Shown: positions 28,148 to 37,081 of the stretch, in pieces
Position numbering within the stretch: the stretch's first letter is position 1
Layout: each line of letters begins with the position of its first letter
Source: Nitrospina watsonii
GTDB lineage: Bacteria > Nitrospinota > Nitrospinia > Nitrospinales > Nitrospinaceae
DNA length: 64,000 nt
Direction: 5' to 3'
Assembly (NCBI RefSeq): GCF_946900835.1
Contig: NZ_OX336137.1
Coordinates: 1,228,213-1,292,212, forward strand
Translations under genes and position numbers: made by a program
The notes under the pieces: model-generated
Seen by the model: the letters and a program-made list of their open reading frames with translations, nothing else
Database searches by the model: none
What the model was told of the DNA's origin: nothing

Positions 28148-31100
28148 TTCACCAGTTCCTTATAATACTGGCCGATCATGCGCTCGTATTTTTCCGGGTA
28201 CTTGTTCTTCATGGCGTCGATGATGTCTTCGCGGAACTGCCCCGGCACCCGGTACTGATCCTCCGAGGGCAGGGTGATTTTTTCCTGGCGCAGACGGCGC
28301 GCGCCGCCGCTCTGGCTCGAATCGCGCTGGCTGCCTTTGCCCAGTTGCAGCGAGGACTTCGGCTTGCCCTGTCCCTGCCCGGAGCTTTTCAATTGTTGCA
28401 GCATGTCGCGCACTTCGTTGAGTCCCTGCAGCGCGTTGTTCTCCGACTCGATGCTGTCCTGCACGCGCTGGTCGGTGAGGCGGCTTTGCGACTGTTTCAT
28501 GTAGCGTCCGGTGCCGGTCATCTTGTTGGACAGGCGGGGGCTGATCATCGGGTTCTTGCGGTTCATCTCATTGAACAACTCGGACAACTGTTCGGTCTGC
28601 TGGGACAGGCCCTGCTGCTCGCCCGCCATCTGCTGCAACTGTTTCTTTTCCTCATCGGTGAGCAGGCTCTGGTAGTTCTGTTGCAGGGACTGCATCATGG
28701 TGCCCAGCTTCTTCGAGATTTCGCTGTTGAGCCGTGAGACCTCATACAGATCATCTTCGATACGGCTCAACAGGGCCTTGTCGATATCGCGCGACATGCG
28801 GAAGTGGTTCTGCCAGCGCAGGATATCGGGGTAGGTCTGCTTGAACAGGGAATTGAATTCAAACAGATCCTGAAGCTCGGTGAACTCCTCCAGCTTGTCG
28901 TACTTGGAATTCAACTCGGGCAGGTAATTTTTGAAGCCGTGGAACATCTTCATGTGCAGGGAATGGATGCGATCCATGACGTCGGACAGTTCGGACCGTT
29001 TCTGCTTGAGTTCCACAAAACTCTGCCGGTGTTCCTCTTCCTTGCCCAGCAACCCCAGGGTTTTCTCACTGAGGTCGCGGATCTCGCGGCTGATGGCATC
29101 TTCCTTATCCATCAACTCCACCAGTGTCTGCATGTCGGGATGCGTTTCGAGCAGTCGTTCGTCCGCGCGCAGGATGGACTGAATGGCGTTGACATCTTTC
29201 TTCAGGCTGGCGAAAAATTCATTGAGCCGATCCTCGAACAGGCCCAACTGCTGGGCGCGCAGGGATTTGTTGATGCTCATGGTTTTGTCGAGCAGACCTT
29301 TTTGCTGCTCGGTGAGTTCATCGATTTTTTGCAGCGACTCATCGATCTGCCGCATGATTTCAAGATCGACCATGTTTTCCTGGTTTTCACTCAGGTTTTC
29401 CAGGTTCTCCGAGAACGCGCGCAGGTCGTCCATCAGTTTTTCCATCTCCGCCATGGCTTCCTCGAATTTGCCCTGTTCGACCAGGTCCTTGAGTTTTTCC
29501 ATCGAGGCGTTGAGGTTTTCCATGTTCATATTTTCGAGCGCCTGCTTGTTGAGGAATTCGTCCGGGAGCCCCTGCATCTGTTTCGACAGCTGCTCCATGA
29601 TCTGATGAAGGGTTTCGCGGATTTTTTCCATCGCTTTTTTGAATTCGGCGGTTTCATTGGGCGAGTTTTTGTTCTTGATCTTTTCAAACTCCTCGCGCAG
29701 GTTCTCGGTCAGGTTGGACAACTCGCGGTCCAGATCCATGACCTGGTTCATGCGTTCGCGGTTGAGCAGCTTGACCAGGAACAGGACGTCGCGTTCCAGA
29801 TGAGTGATGAGGCGTTCCATCACCGGGCCGCCGGGCGCGGCGTTGAACGCGATCGGCGTGGTTTTGAACAGGGCGTCATTGAGTTGATTCATGGCCTGAA
29901 TCTGGTCTTCGCGGATTGCATTGAGGCCGCTGATGATGTTGCTCATCAACGTCAGGTACGGCTTCGGGAACGAGTTCACGTCCTGCGCCTGCGTCTGGAT
30001 GGCCTGCGCCAGGTTGATGATCTCGATCAGGCGGTCGGTGGTCCAGGCGAGGGTTTTCTTGTAGCGGGTCAGATCCTCCGGCGTGTCCGCCAAAGGCTCC
30101 GTATGGGACACCAGCGTCTTGGCCAGCAGCGTCACCATTTTCTCAACCAGTTGGTCCTGCAGGGCGAGCAGGTCCCAGCGTTTTTTGCGTTCGTCGAAAA
30201 TTTCAAACGAGAACATCTCCGACTGTCCGGTATTGGGACCATAGACATTGTCGTTGTCCTCAACCTCCAGGTAATACTGAATGCGGTTGCCCGGCTCCAG
30301 AGCCATGGTGGCCAGCTCCCAGGTGTACCCGTCCTTGGCTTCCGTCTCGTTACTCTTGAAGCGTTTGAGCGTGCGGCGCGTGATCTGGCCGTCCATGTCG
30401 ATGATCAGGTTGACGCGACCGAGGCCGAAGTCGTCGTGTGCTTCATAATAAAACTGGATCTGGTCGGTGACCATGTACACCGGCTTTGGGTTGCTGAGGA
30501 AGATGCGGATGGTCGGCGCTTTGTCCTGTCCCAGTTCGATCGGGTATTTCGTCGGCAACAGCACCTTGTGGCCATCCGGCGACTTGATGCGGAATTGGTA
30601 GAAGCCGCTTTCCTTGACGATGAAGCGGCCTTGAATTGTGTTGTCGCCCAGAGTGTCCATCGACAGGTTGTCGCGATTGTTCAACACCAGCGACGCGCCG
30701 GCAACCGGATGGTTGGTGCGCGCCGTGATCTCGACCTCGGTGCCGGGCAGCACGTGAATCTTGCCCTCGGAATGTTTCAACGACACACGTTTCATCTGCG
30801 TGTAGGCCGGGTAGTTGAACACCAGCGACAGCGACTCGATGGCGTAGCTGAATTTGGGACCTTCCGTACCGGTGGCATCGATCGGGCCGGCGGTGCGTTG
30901 GGCGGTATTGGCTTCGACCGGCGGCGTGATCCAGTTGTCGTAGCCGCGCGTCCAGAACTCCGGCAGGCTGAGCGCCATCACCAGCAACGCTGCCAACGCG
31001 CCGACCAATGCGTAACGCGTGCGTTGCAGGCGTTCGGTGGAGACGATGGATTTGGGATCGATGTCTTGGATGGCGCGCTCGGTGCGGGCCAGAAGCTCGA

Positions 31101-31476
31101 CGATCATATCGCGGGAGGCGCCCGTGCGTGTGCCGTCTTCGAGATGCGGTTGCAACTGGACGGAATTGATGAGGTGGTTGTTGAGGCTCTGGACCTTGTT
31201 TTCCACCAGCAGGGCGGTCTGCTCGCGCTTCGGGCGCAGGAACCACTCGACAACGAAGGTGCGCACCAGGAGGTACAGCACCGGCACCGACCAGACAACC
31301 AGGAAGGGGAACAGCCAGGGGCCGGGATCGTCCAGAAAATAGGCCAGCAGGTTGGCCGCCAGGGCTCCGGTGACGAGCAGGAACAGAATCAGGTAGGTTC
31401 CCTGAAGGAACGTGACCCGAGTCCGGTAGCGGCGAACGCGGTCGAGGAACTCATTTATGAGGTGCGCCGGGTCCAT
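28144..31476 (-). CDS. Large (1110 aa) membrane-anchored coiled-coil protein, DUF4175/TIGR02302-like architecture
   Basis: Two N-terminal TM helices, a beta-rich middle region, several hundred residues of E/K/Q/L-rich coiled coil, and a Gly/Gln/Ser-rich C-terminus. Overlaps the downstream TPR gene by 4 bp. Confidence 0.75.
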   Translation of the reverse strand: MDPAHLINEFLDRVRRYRTRVTFLQGTYLILFLLVTGALAANLLAYFLDDPGPWLFPFLVVWSVPVLYLLVRTFVVEWFLRPKREQTALLVENKVQSLNNHLINSVQLQPHLEDGTRTGASRDMIVELLARTERAIQDIDPKSIVSTERLQRTRYALVGALAALLVMALSLPEFWTRGYDNWITPPVEANTAQRTAGPIDATGTEGPKFSYAIESLSLVFNYPAYTQMKRVSLKHSEGKIHVLPGTEVEITARTNHPVAGASLVLNNRDNLSMDTLGDNTIQGRFIVKESGFYQFRIKSPDGHKVLLPTKYPIELGQDKAPTIRIFLSNPKPVYMVTDQIQFYYEAHDDFGLGRVNLIIDMDGQITRRTLKRFKSNETEAKDGYTWELATMALEPGNRIQYYLEVEDNDNVYGPNTGQSEMFSFEIFDERKKRWDLLALQDQLVEKMVTLLAKTLVSHTEPLADTPEDLTRYKKTLAWTTDRLIEIINLAQAIQTQAQDVNSFPKPYLTLMSNIISGLNAIREDQIQAMNQLNDALFKTTPIAFNAAPGGPVMERLITHLERDVLFLVKLLNRERMNQVMDLDRELSNLTENLREEFEKIKNKNSPNETAEFKKAMEKIRETLHQIMEQLSKQMQGLPDEFLNKQALENMNMENLNASMEKLKDLVEQGKFEEAMAEMEKLMDDLRAFSENLENLSENQENMVDLEIMRQIDESLQKIDELTEQQKGLLDKTMSINKSLRAQQLGLFEDRLNEFFASLKKDVNAIQSILRADERLLETHPDMQTLVELMDKEDAISREIRDLSEKTLGLLGKEEEHRQSFVELKQKRSELSDVMDRIHSLHMKMFHGFKNYLPELNSKYDKLEEFTELQDLFEFNSLFKQTYPDILRWQNHFRMSRDIDKALLSRIEDDLYEVSRLNSEISKKLGTMMQSLQQNYQSLLTDEEKKQLQQMAGEQQGLSQQTEQLSELFNEMNRKNPMISPRLSNKMTGTGRYMKQSQSRLTDQRVQDSIESENNALQGLNEVRDMLQQLKSSGQGQGKPKSSLQLGKGSQRDSSQSGGARRLRQEKITLPSEDQYRVPGQFREDIIDAMKNKYPEKYERMIGQYYKELVK

Positions 31477-31615
31477 TCAGGTAACAGTCCAAAAAATTAC
31501 ATTCTGTCTCTATTTTATTACATCGGCGGCTGTTTTTCCCGCGCAAAAGAACTCTAACGAAAAATACGGAGTGGGACCATCCGGCTTTCTCCGACCCCGG
31601 TTAGGGGGTTGATTT

Positions 31616-32386
31616 TCAGGCCGTTCCCGGATTGTTCTTGTCCGGCTTCGGGGATCCGGCCAGCGATTGCAGCATCTCCAGTGGGAACGGGAAAAACACG
31701 GTGCTGGTTTTGTCCACCGACAGATCCACCATGGTTTGCAGGAAGCGCAACTGCAACGCCGGGGGATGCGCGTGGATGATGTCCGCCGCGTCGCTGATGC
31801 GCTGGCTGGCTTCGAACTCGCCCTCGGCGTGGATCACCTTGGCGCGCCGCTCGCGCTCGGCTTCGGCCTGCTTGGCCAGCGCCCGCTGCATCTCGGTAGG
31901 CAGATCGACGTTTTTCAACTCGACGTTGGCGACCTTCACGCCCCAGGGTTCGGTCTGCTGGTCGATCACCTTCTGCAGGTGATCGTTGATCTTTTCGCGG
32001 TGGGCCAGCAGGTCGTCCAGCTGGCTTTTGCCCAGCACGCTGCGCAGGGTGGTCTGCGACAACTGCTGCGTGGCGTAGAGGTAGTCTTCGACGTCGATGA
32101 CCGCGCGCTGCGGATCGAGCACCCGGAAATAGACGACCGCATTGACGCGCACGGTGACGTTGTCGCGGGTGATGATGTCCTGCGGCGGCACGTCCATGAC
32201 CACGGTGCGGAGGCTGACTTTGACCATCTGTTGCAGAACCGGAATGACGAGGATCAGGCCGGGACCTTTCACCTTGTAAAACTTGCCGAGCAGGAAAATG
32301 ACGCCGCGTTCGTATTCACGGAGCACCTTGAAGGCGCTGAACAGGATGATGAGGATGATGATAAGACCGACGATGAATCCGTTCAT
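31616..32386 (-). CDS. SPFH/band-7 (stomatin-like) membrane protein
   Basis: 256 aa, N-terminal TM followed by an SPFH core ([14 protein letters not shown]...[17 protein letters not shown]). Confidence 0.85.
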   Translation of the reverse strand: MNGFIVGLIIILIILFSAFKVLREYERGVIFLLGKFYKVKGPGLILVIPVLQQMVKVSLRTVVMDVPPQDIITRDNVTVRVNAVVYFRVLDPQRAVIDVEDYLYATQQLSQTTLRSVLGKSQLDDLLAHREKINDHLQKVIDQQTEPWGVKVANVELKNVDLPTEMQRALAKQAEAERERRAKVIHAEGEFEASQRISDAADIIHAHPPALQLRFLQTMVDLSVDKTSTVFFPFPLEMLQSLAGSPKPDKNNPGTA

Positions 32387-32532
32387 GGTTCGAATCTCCC
32401 CCTTGAGTTGGTCTTGTGGTTGGCCTCATGATAGCACCTTTTCTGCCTGCCGCCCTACATCCTCTGGTGATCTGTGGCGGCGGTTTCCAGATAGCCCGCC
32501 CATCGGAACCGGCGATGTGATAAAATCGGGGC

Positions 32533-33414
32533 ATGTCGGACTCGCAGACACAGACTGCCGGAGGGACGGCGTTTTCAAGAAGCGTGCGGATGTTTGCCGT
32601 AACGCTGTTGCTGGCAGGCCTGCAGGCGGTGCTAGCGTCCGCCGCGCTGGCATCGGCAGCGCCGCTTGATATCCACACCACACCTGTGGTGGGAAAAGAC
32701 GGACGCGTGCGCATCACCCTTCACTTGGAGAACACCGGCTCCCGATCGCTGCACCACGTGCACCCGATGTTTCATTTTCATCACACCATGTCGCACATGC
32801 CGATGATCCACGAACTGAAGCCGGGGCAGTCGGTGACCCTGGTCAACGACCAGCATCCGCCGGTGGTGCGGGTCGGCAGTTACCCCCTCGTCGCCATGGT
32901 CAATTATAAGAACGACGCCGACAGCGACGCCACCCGCACACAGTTGCACACCAGTTCGTTCCATTATGAAGAACCCCTCCGGGCGGTCATCGACGGTGAC
33001 ATCGAGGCCCGGCACCGGGAGAATACGGACACCTCGACCCTGCGCATCGCCATCCGCAACAATTCCACGTCCTTCAAGAACGTGCGATTGATGCTGCTGT
33101 TGCCGCCGGAATTGACGGCGCGCAGTTTTCAGGGAATGCGCGGCTTCACCATCCACGGCGGACAGGAAAAACAGTTTGAAGTGCCGGTGCAGAAGGTGGT
33201 GGGGCGTCCCGGTGGCGAGTACCCGGTGCACCTTCTGGTCGAATACGGAGAAATGCTGAAACATTATTCCAGCGACATCACCGGCAGTGTGTACTTCGGG
33301 CCGGACTGGGGGCAGGAGCCGTTCTGGCCGCAACTGGTGGTCTTCCTGTTTCTCTTTCTCACTCTGACAACCCTCCTGCTGCGCCGCTGGCGCCACCGCC
33401 GCCGCAAAGTTTAA
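32533..33414 (+). CDS. Membrane-anchored secreted protein with His/Met-rich motif
   Basis: Signal-like N-terminus (alternative start MFAVTLLL at 32590), HHVHPMFHFHHTMSHMPMIHE, C-terminal TM plus RRWRHRRRK anchor. Confidence 0.5.
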   Translation: MSDSQTQTAGGTAFSRSVRMFAVTLLLAGLQAVLASAALASAAPLDIHTTPVVGKDGRVRITLHLENTGSRSLHHVHPMFHFHHTMSHMPMIHELKPGQSVTLVNDQHPPVVRVGSYPLVAMVNYKNDADSDATRTQLHTSSFHYEEPLRAVIDGDIEARHRENTDTSTLRIAIRNNSTSFKNVRLMLLLPPELTARSFQGMRGFTIHGGQEKQFEVPVQKVVGRPGGEYPVHLLVEYGEMLKHYSSDITGSVYFGPDWGQEPFWPQLVVFLFLFLTLTTLLLRRWRHRRRKV

Positions 33415-33562
33415 AGCTCCCGGCCTCTTTCCTTATAGGGAGGCGTCCCTTTACGTCATCTCCTTGATGTGAGCTTTTCCCCAGTGCCCACATGTGTCAT
33501 TTGACACCCCGCGTCCAGCCTTTATATTGGATGGAAGGCATCAACAACCATGAGGGGGCGCG

Positions 33563-34507
33563 ATGCAGGGGGAATCGACCGTCAATTGGGAACGCGTGCG
33601 GCTGGGCAAAAGCCGCAATTCGGTGAGCGGCACCACCCTTCACGGCTGGCCGTCCATCCTCTTCGGCCTGCCGTTCGCCGGGGTTGGCGTGATGTTGTTT
33701 TTGGTGTCGCAGGGCGTCATCGGCGTGGATCCGAAAAGCGTGCACGCACCGATGTGGATGATCGGTTTGATCGCCGGATTGTTCTTCCTGGCCGGGGCTT
33801 ACATGATGGTGCACGGCGTCATCGGGCTCGGCTTGAAAAAGAAGGTGGAGGAGGGCCGCCGCCGTTCGTTGCACCAGCCCTGGCTGTGGGATTACGTCTG
33901 GGACCCGCTCGGCGTCTCCGAAAACAAACTGAAAGAAGTGATGAAGCATTTTGCGGCGGCGCTCACCTTCATCGCCTTCCTTGCGCCGTTTCATTACATG
34001 GTCTGGTTCAGCGAAGAAAAGAGCGTGCCGACGTGGGTGAAGTTCGTGGTGATCTTTTTCGATTTCATCGTCGTCCTGATCATCGGCGACGGCATCCGCA
34101 AATACATGCAGTTCCTCAAATACGGCAACAGCCGCCTGCGCTTTCTGGGGTTTCCGTTTCACCTGGGGGAGAAGATGAAGCTGGCGCTGGAAGGCATGCC
34201 CGCCGCGTTCGATTCGGTCACGCTGAACCTGCGTTACATTGAGGAAGTGTATGAGACGCGGTACTCCGGACGGAGGCGCACGCGCGAAGTGGTGTGTTAC
34301 CAGATCTACGGTGAAGAACGGACGATGAACTCCGGCGCTTCCCGCAGCGGCGGGTTCTTGATGGAATGGGACCTGCCGGACAATAAGGAGATGACCACGG
34401 AGTTGAGCGGGCGGCCGGGACGGTTCTGGGAAATCGAGATCAAGGCCGAAACGCCCGGAGTCGATTACGACAGCCGCTTCCTCGTTCCCGTTTACGCGAA
34501 ACCCTGA
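33563..34507 (+). CDS. Integral membrane protein (about 4 TM) with C-terminal soluble domain
   Basis: 314 aa, no recognisable family. Confidence 0.55.
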   Translation: MQGESTVNWERVRLGKSRNSVSGTTLHGWPSILFGLPFAGVGVMLFLVSQGVIGVDPKSVHAPMWMIGLIAGLFFLAGAYMMVHGVIGLGLKKKVEEGRRRSLHQPWLWDYVWDPLGVSENKLKEVMKHFAAALTFIAFLAPFHYMVWFSEEKSVPTWVKFVVIFFDFIVVLIIGDGIRKYMQFLKYGNSRLRFLGFPFHLGEKMKLALEGMPAAFDSVTLNLRYIEEVYETRYSGRRRTREVVCYQIYGEERTMNSGASRSGGFLMEWDLPDNKEMTTELSGRPGRFWEIEIKAETPGVDYDSRFLVPVYAKP

Positions 34508-34602
34508 TCGCGCTCATGGAATTGAAAAAGACAAAAGGCCCGGACTGGGGGAGTCCGGGCCTTCTGCCCAGGGAGCGAAAGGGGAGGAGGAACCTTTCGC
34601 CA

Positions 34603-35742
34603 TCAAGCCTGTCTTTCCTGCATCTTCTCGATGGTGATCTGCACCGTCGCGGGCTTGCCGTTGCGCAGGATGTTCAGCGTCACGGTCTCGCCGGGCCGGG
34701 TTTTGGCCACCAGCTTCGGCAGGTCGGCGAAGTCCGCCAGCTCCTGCCCGTTGTATTGGACGATGACGTCCCCACGCAGCAGGCCGCCGCGTTCCGCCGG
34801 ACCTTTCGGCAGCACGCCGTTGACCAGCACGCCCTGAGGTTCGTTGAGGCCGAATGACGAGGCCAGCTCCAGCGTCATCTTTTGAATGGTGACGCCCAGC
34901 CAGCCACGCGTGACCTTGCCGTCCTTCATCAGATCGCTGACGATCGACTTCGCCATGTTGATGGGAATGGCGAAGCCGATGCCGACGTTGCCGCCGTTGC
35001 CGGACAGGATCATGGTGTTGATGCCGACCACGTCGCCGTTCATATTGAGCAACGGACCGCCGCTGTTGCCGGGGTTGATGGAAGCGTCGGTCTGGATGAA
35101 GGCGTCATACGGTCCCGCACCCAGGTTGCGCCCCTTGGCGCTGACGATGCCGGTGGTGACGGTGTGTTGCAGGCCGAACGGGTTGCCGATGGCGACCACC
35201 CATTCACCGACATCCAGCGTTGCGGAGTCACCCAGCTTCATGTGCGGCAGCGGAGAGGTGTGGCCATCCTTGCGCACGATTTTCAGCAGGGCGATGTCAG
35301 TGACCGCGTCCTGGCCGATGAGCTCGGCTTCATACTCCTTACCGTCGTGCAACTGCACCTGAACCTTGTCCGCTCCGTCCACCACGTGGTTGTTGGTGAG
35401 GACGTGGCCCTCGGCGTCAATGATGAATCCGGAACCGGACCCCTGTGGAGCCGGTTGCGGCATCGGTGCGCCTGGACCAAAAGGAGTTTGCCCAAAGGGC
35501 TTGTGTGGGCTGGAGCCGCGCATCTGAGCCACCTTCATGGTGGAGTGAACGCCAACCACGGCCTGGTCGTTCCACTTCACCACTTCGGTGATGCGGTTGG
35601 TCCCGACCGGGTTGATATCGGTGCTGAGGGCATACGCGTTGCCCGCTTGCAGACTCCGACCGCTTCCCACAATAGAAAGCATGGGGATGCCGACAAACAG
35701 CAACGCCGCCACAGTGAGAATTTTCCAATTCGGTTTCATCAT
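34603..35742 (-). CDS. htrA: HtrA/DegP-family serine protease with PDZ domain
   Basis: Catalytic His in HVLTNNHVV. Catalytic Ser in GNSGGPLLN. PDZ domain at the C-terminus. Start at MMKPNWKIL, which gives a signal peptide. Confidence 0.9.
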   Translation of the reverse strand: MMKPNWKILTVAALLFVGIPMLSIVGSGRSLQAGNAYALSTDINPVGTNRITEVVKWNDQAVVGVHSTMKVAQMRGSSPHKPFGQTPFGPGAPMPQPAPQGSGSGFIIDAEGHVLTNNHVVDGADKVQVQLHDGKEYEAELIGQDAVTDIALLKIVRKDGHTSPLPHMKLGDSATLDVGEWVVAIGNPFGLQHTVTTGIVSAKGRNLGAGPYDAFIQTDASINPGNSGGPLLNMNGDVVGINTMILSGNGGNVGIGFAIPINMAKSIVSDLMKDGKVTRGWLGVTIQKMTLELASSFGLNEPQGVLVNGVLPKGPAERGGLLRGDVIVQYNGQELADFADLPKLVAKTRPGETVTLNILRNGKPATVQITIEKMQERQA

Positions 35743-36027
35743 GGTGTGTCTCCATCGGGAGAAGAGTGGTTTGTCTAATTTTTGCCTGGAATGGGTTCCA
35801 AGTCTCTGCACTTAGGATAAGGACGGTGAATTAAGTTTGAATTAATGGAATATTAATTTATTTTAATTGAGCCCGAATGGAGAACGGGAAAAGGTGGGGA
35901 CGCCCGCAGAGGAAAAGGGGATGGGAACGTATCTTTCGGTTTTTTCAAGCAAAACGGTTTCAACTGCGGGAAATCTGGATTATACTTTTCAAGGGTCCCG
36001 CGACTCGGGGCCTCTTTCTTTAACAGG

Positions 36028-36588
36028 ATGGCGCAAGCGATGAAAACCGAAGACGTGGTCGATCATTTGAATCGCATTTCATTTTTCGACGATTTCTCTG
36101 AAGAAGACAAACAGAAGCTGGCACAGGTGCCGGGAACCGTGCAGAACCTGGCGGCCGGGGAGTGCATCATCCGCAAGGGCACCACGGACCCTACCATGTA
36201 TTTCGTGTTGGAGGGGGTGGTGATCATCTCCGCCGGCGAAGACCTGAGGCACGAAATCACCGAGCTGCATGCCGGCGCGCTGTTCGGTGATGTGCCGTTC
36301 GTCAAGGCGGTGCCGCGCGTGACCAGCGTTCTTGCCAAAAGCGCTGCCACGGTGTTGCGTTTCAACAAGGATCACATGGACCAGCTGGGGCCGGACCTCA
36401 TCGGCAAGTTCAAGGACCAGTTTCTGAGACTGTTCGTCATCCGCCTCGACATGCTGAAAAGCACCATCAGTCAGAATCGCGTCGATTTCGAAAAGTTTTT
36501 CGATTCCTTCCAGAGCATCTTCAAGGAAATCGAAATGATGAACCAGGACATCATCCTTCCCGACGACGACGACAACAACAACCGCTGA
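36028..36588 (+). CDS. Cyclic nucleotide-binding domain protein
   Basis: 186 aa, FGDVPF and a CAP-like beta-roll region. Acidic D/N-rich tail. Confidence 0.65.
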   Translation: MAQAMKTEDVVDHLNRISFFDDFSEEDKQKLAQVPGTVQNLAAGECIIRKGTTDPTMYFVLEGVVIISAGEDLRHEITELHAGALFGDVPFVKAVPRVTSVLAKSAATVLRFNKDHMDQLGPDLIGKFKDQFLRLFVIRLDMLKSTISQNRVDFEKFFDSFQSIFKEIEMMNQDIILPDDDDNNNR

Positions 36589-36701
36589 CGCGCCGTTCGC
36601 ATCCTCTGCGAACAGAAACTCTCATTCCGTAACAATAATAGTTTGTGTGGGTGTCTGTCTGCGTGAAAGCGGGCAGGGGGCGTGCGTCGTTGAGGGGTGC
36701 G

Positions 36702-37076
36702 CTACTTTTTGGGGATGGAGAAGGCGAGCAGGAACCAGCCGGTCATGAACGACAGGCCGCCCAGCGGCGTCACCGGACCCAGCACCCTGGGGCCGCCCAG
36801 CGCCAGCCAGTAGAGGCTGCCCGAAAACAAAACGATGCCCGCGAGGAAAAACCAGCCGGCCTTGATGACCTTCGAGTTGTGGCCCTCACCCAGTTGATGC
36901 GCGAGCAGGCCCACCAGCACCAGCGCCAGGCTGTGAAAGAACTGGTACTGCGTCGCGGTGTGAAACGTGGCCAGGCTTTTTTCGGTCAGCACCGCCTTGA
37001 GGGAATGCGCTCCGAACGCGCCCAGCATGACGCTCAACCCGCCCAGAATGCCGCCCAGCAGAATCCATTGCCGCAT
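36702..37076 (-). CDS. DUF423-family membrane protein
   Basis: Start at MRQWILLGGILGG. GAFGAHSL motif and four hydrophobic helices. Confidence 0.6.
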   Translation of the reverse strand: MRQWILLGGILGGLSVMLGAFGAHSLKAVLTEKSLATFHTATQYQFFHSLALVLVGLLAHQLGEGHNSKVIKAGWFFLAGIVLFSGSLYWLALGGPRVLGPVTPLGGLSFMTGWFLLAFSIPKK

Positions 37077-37081
37077 GATAG

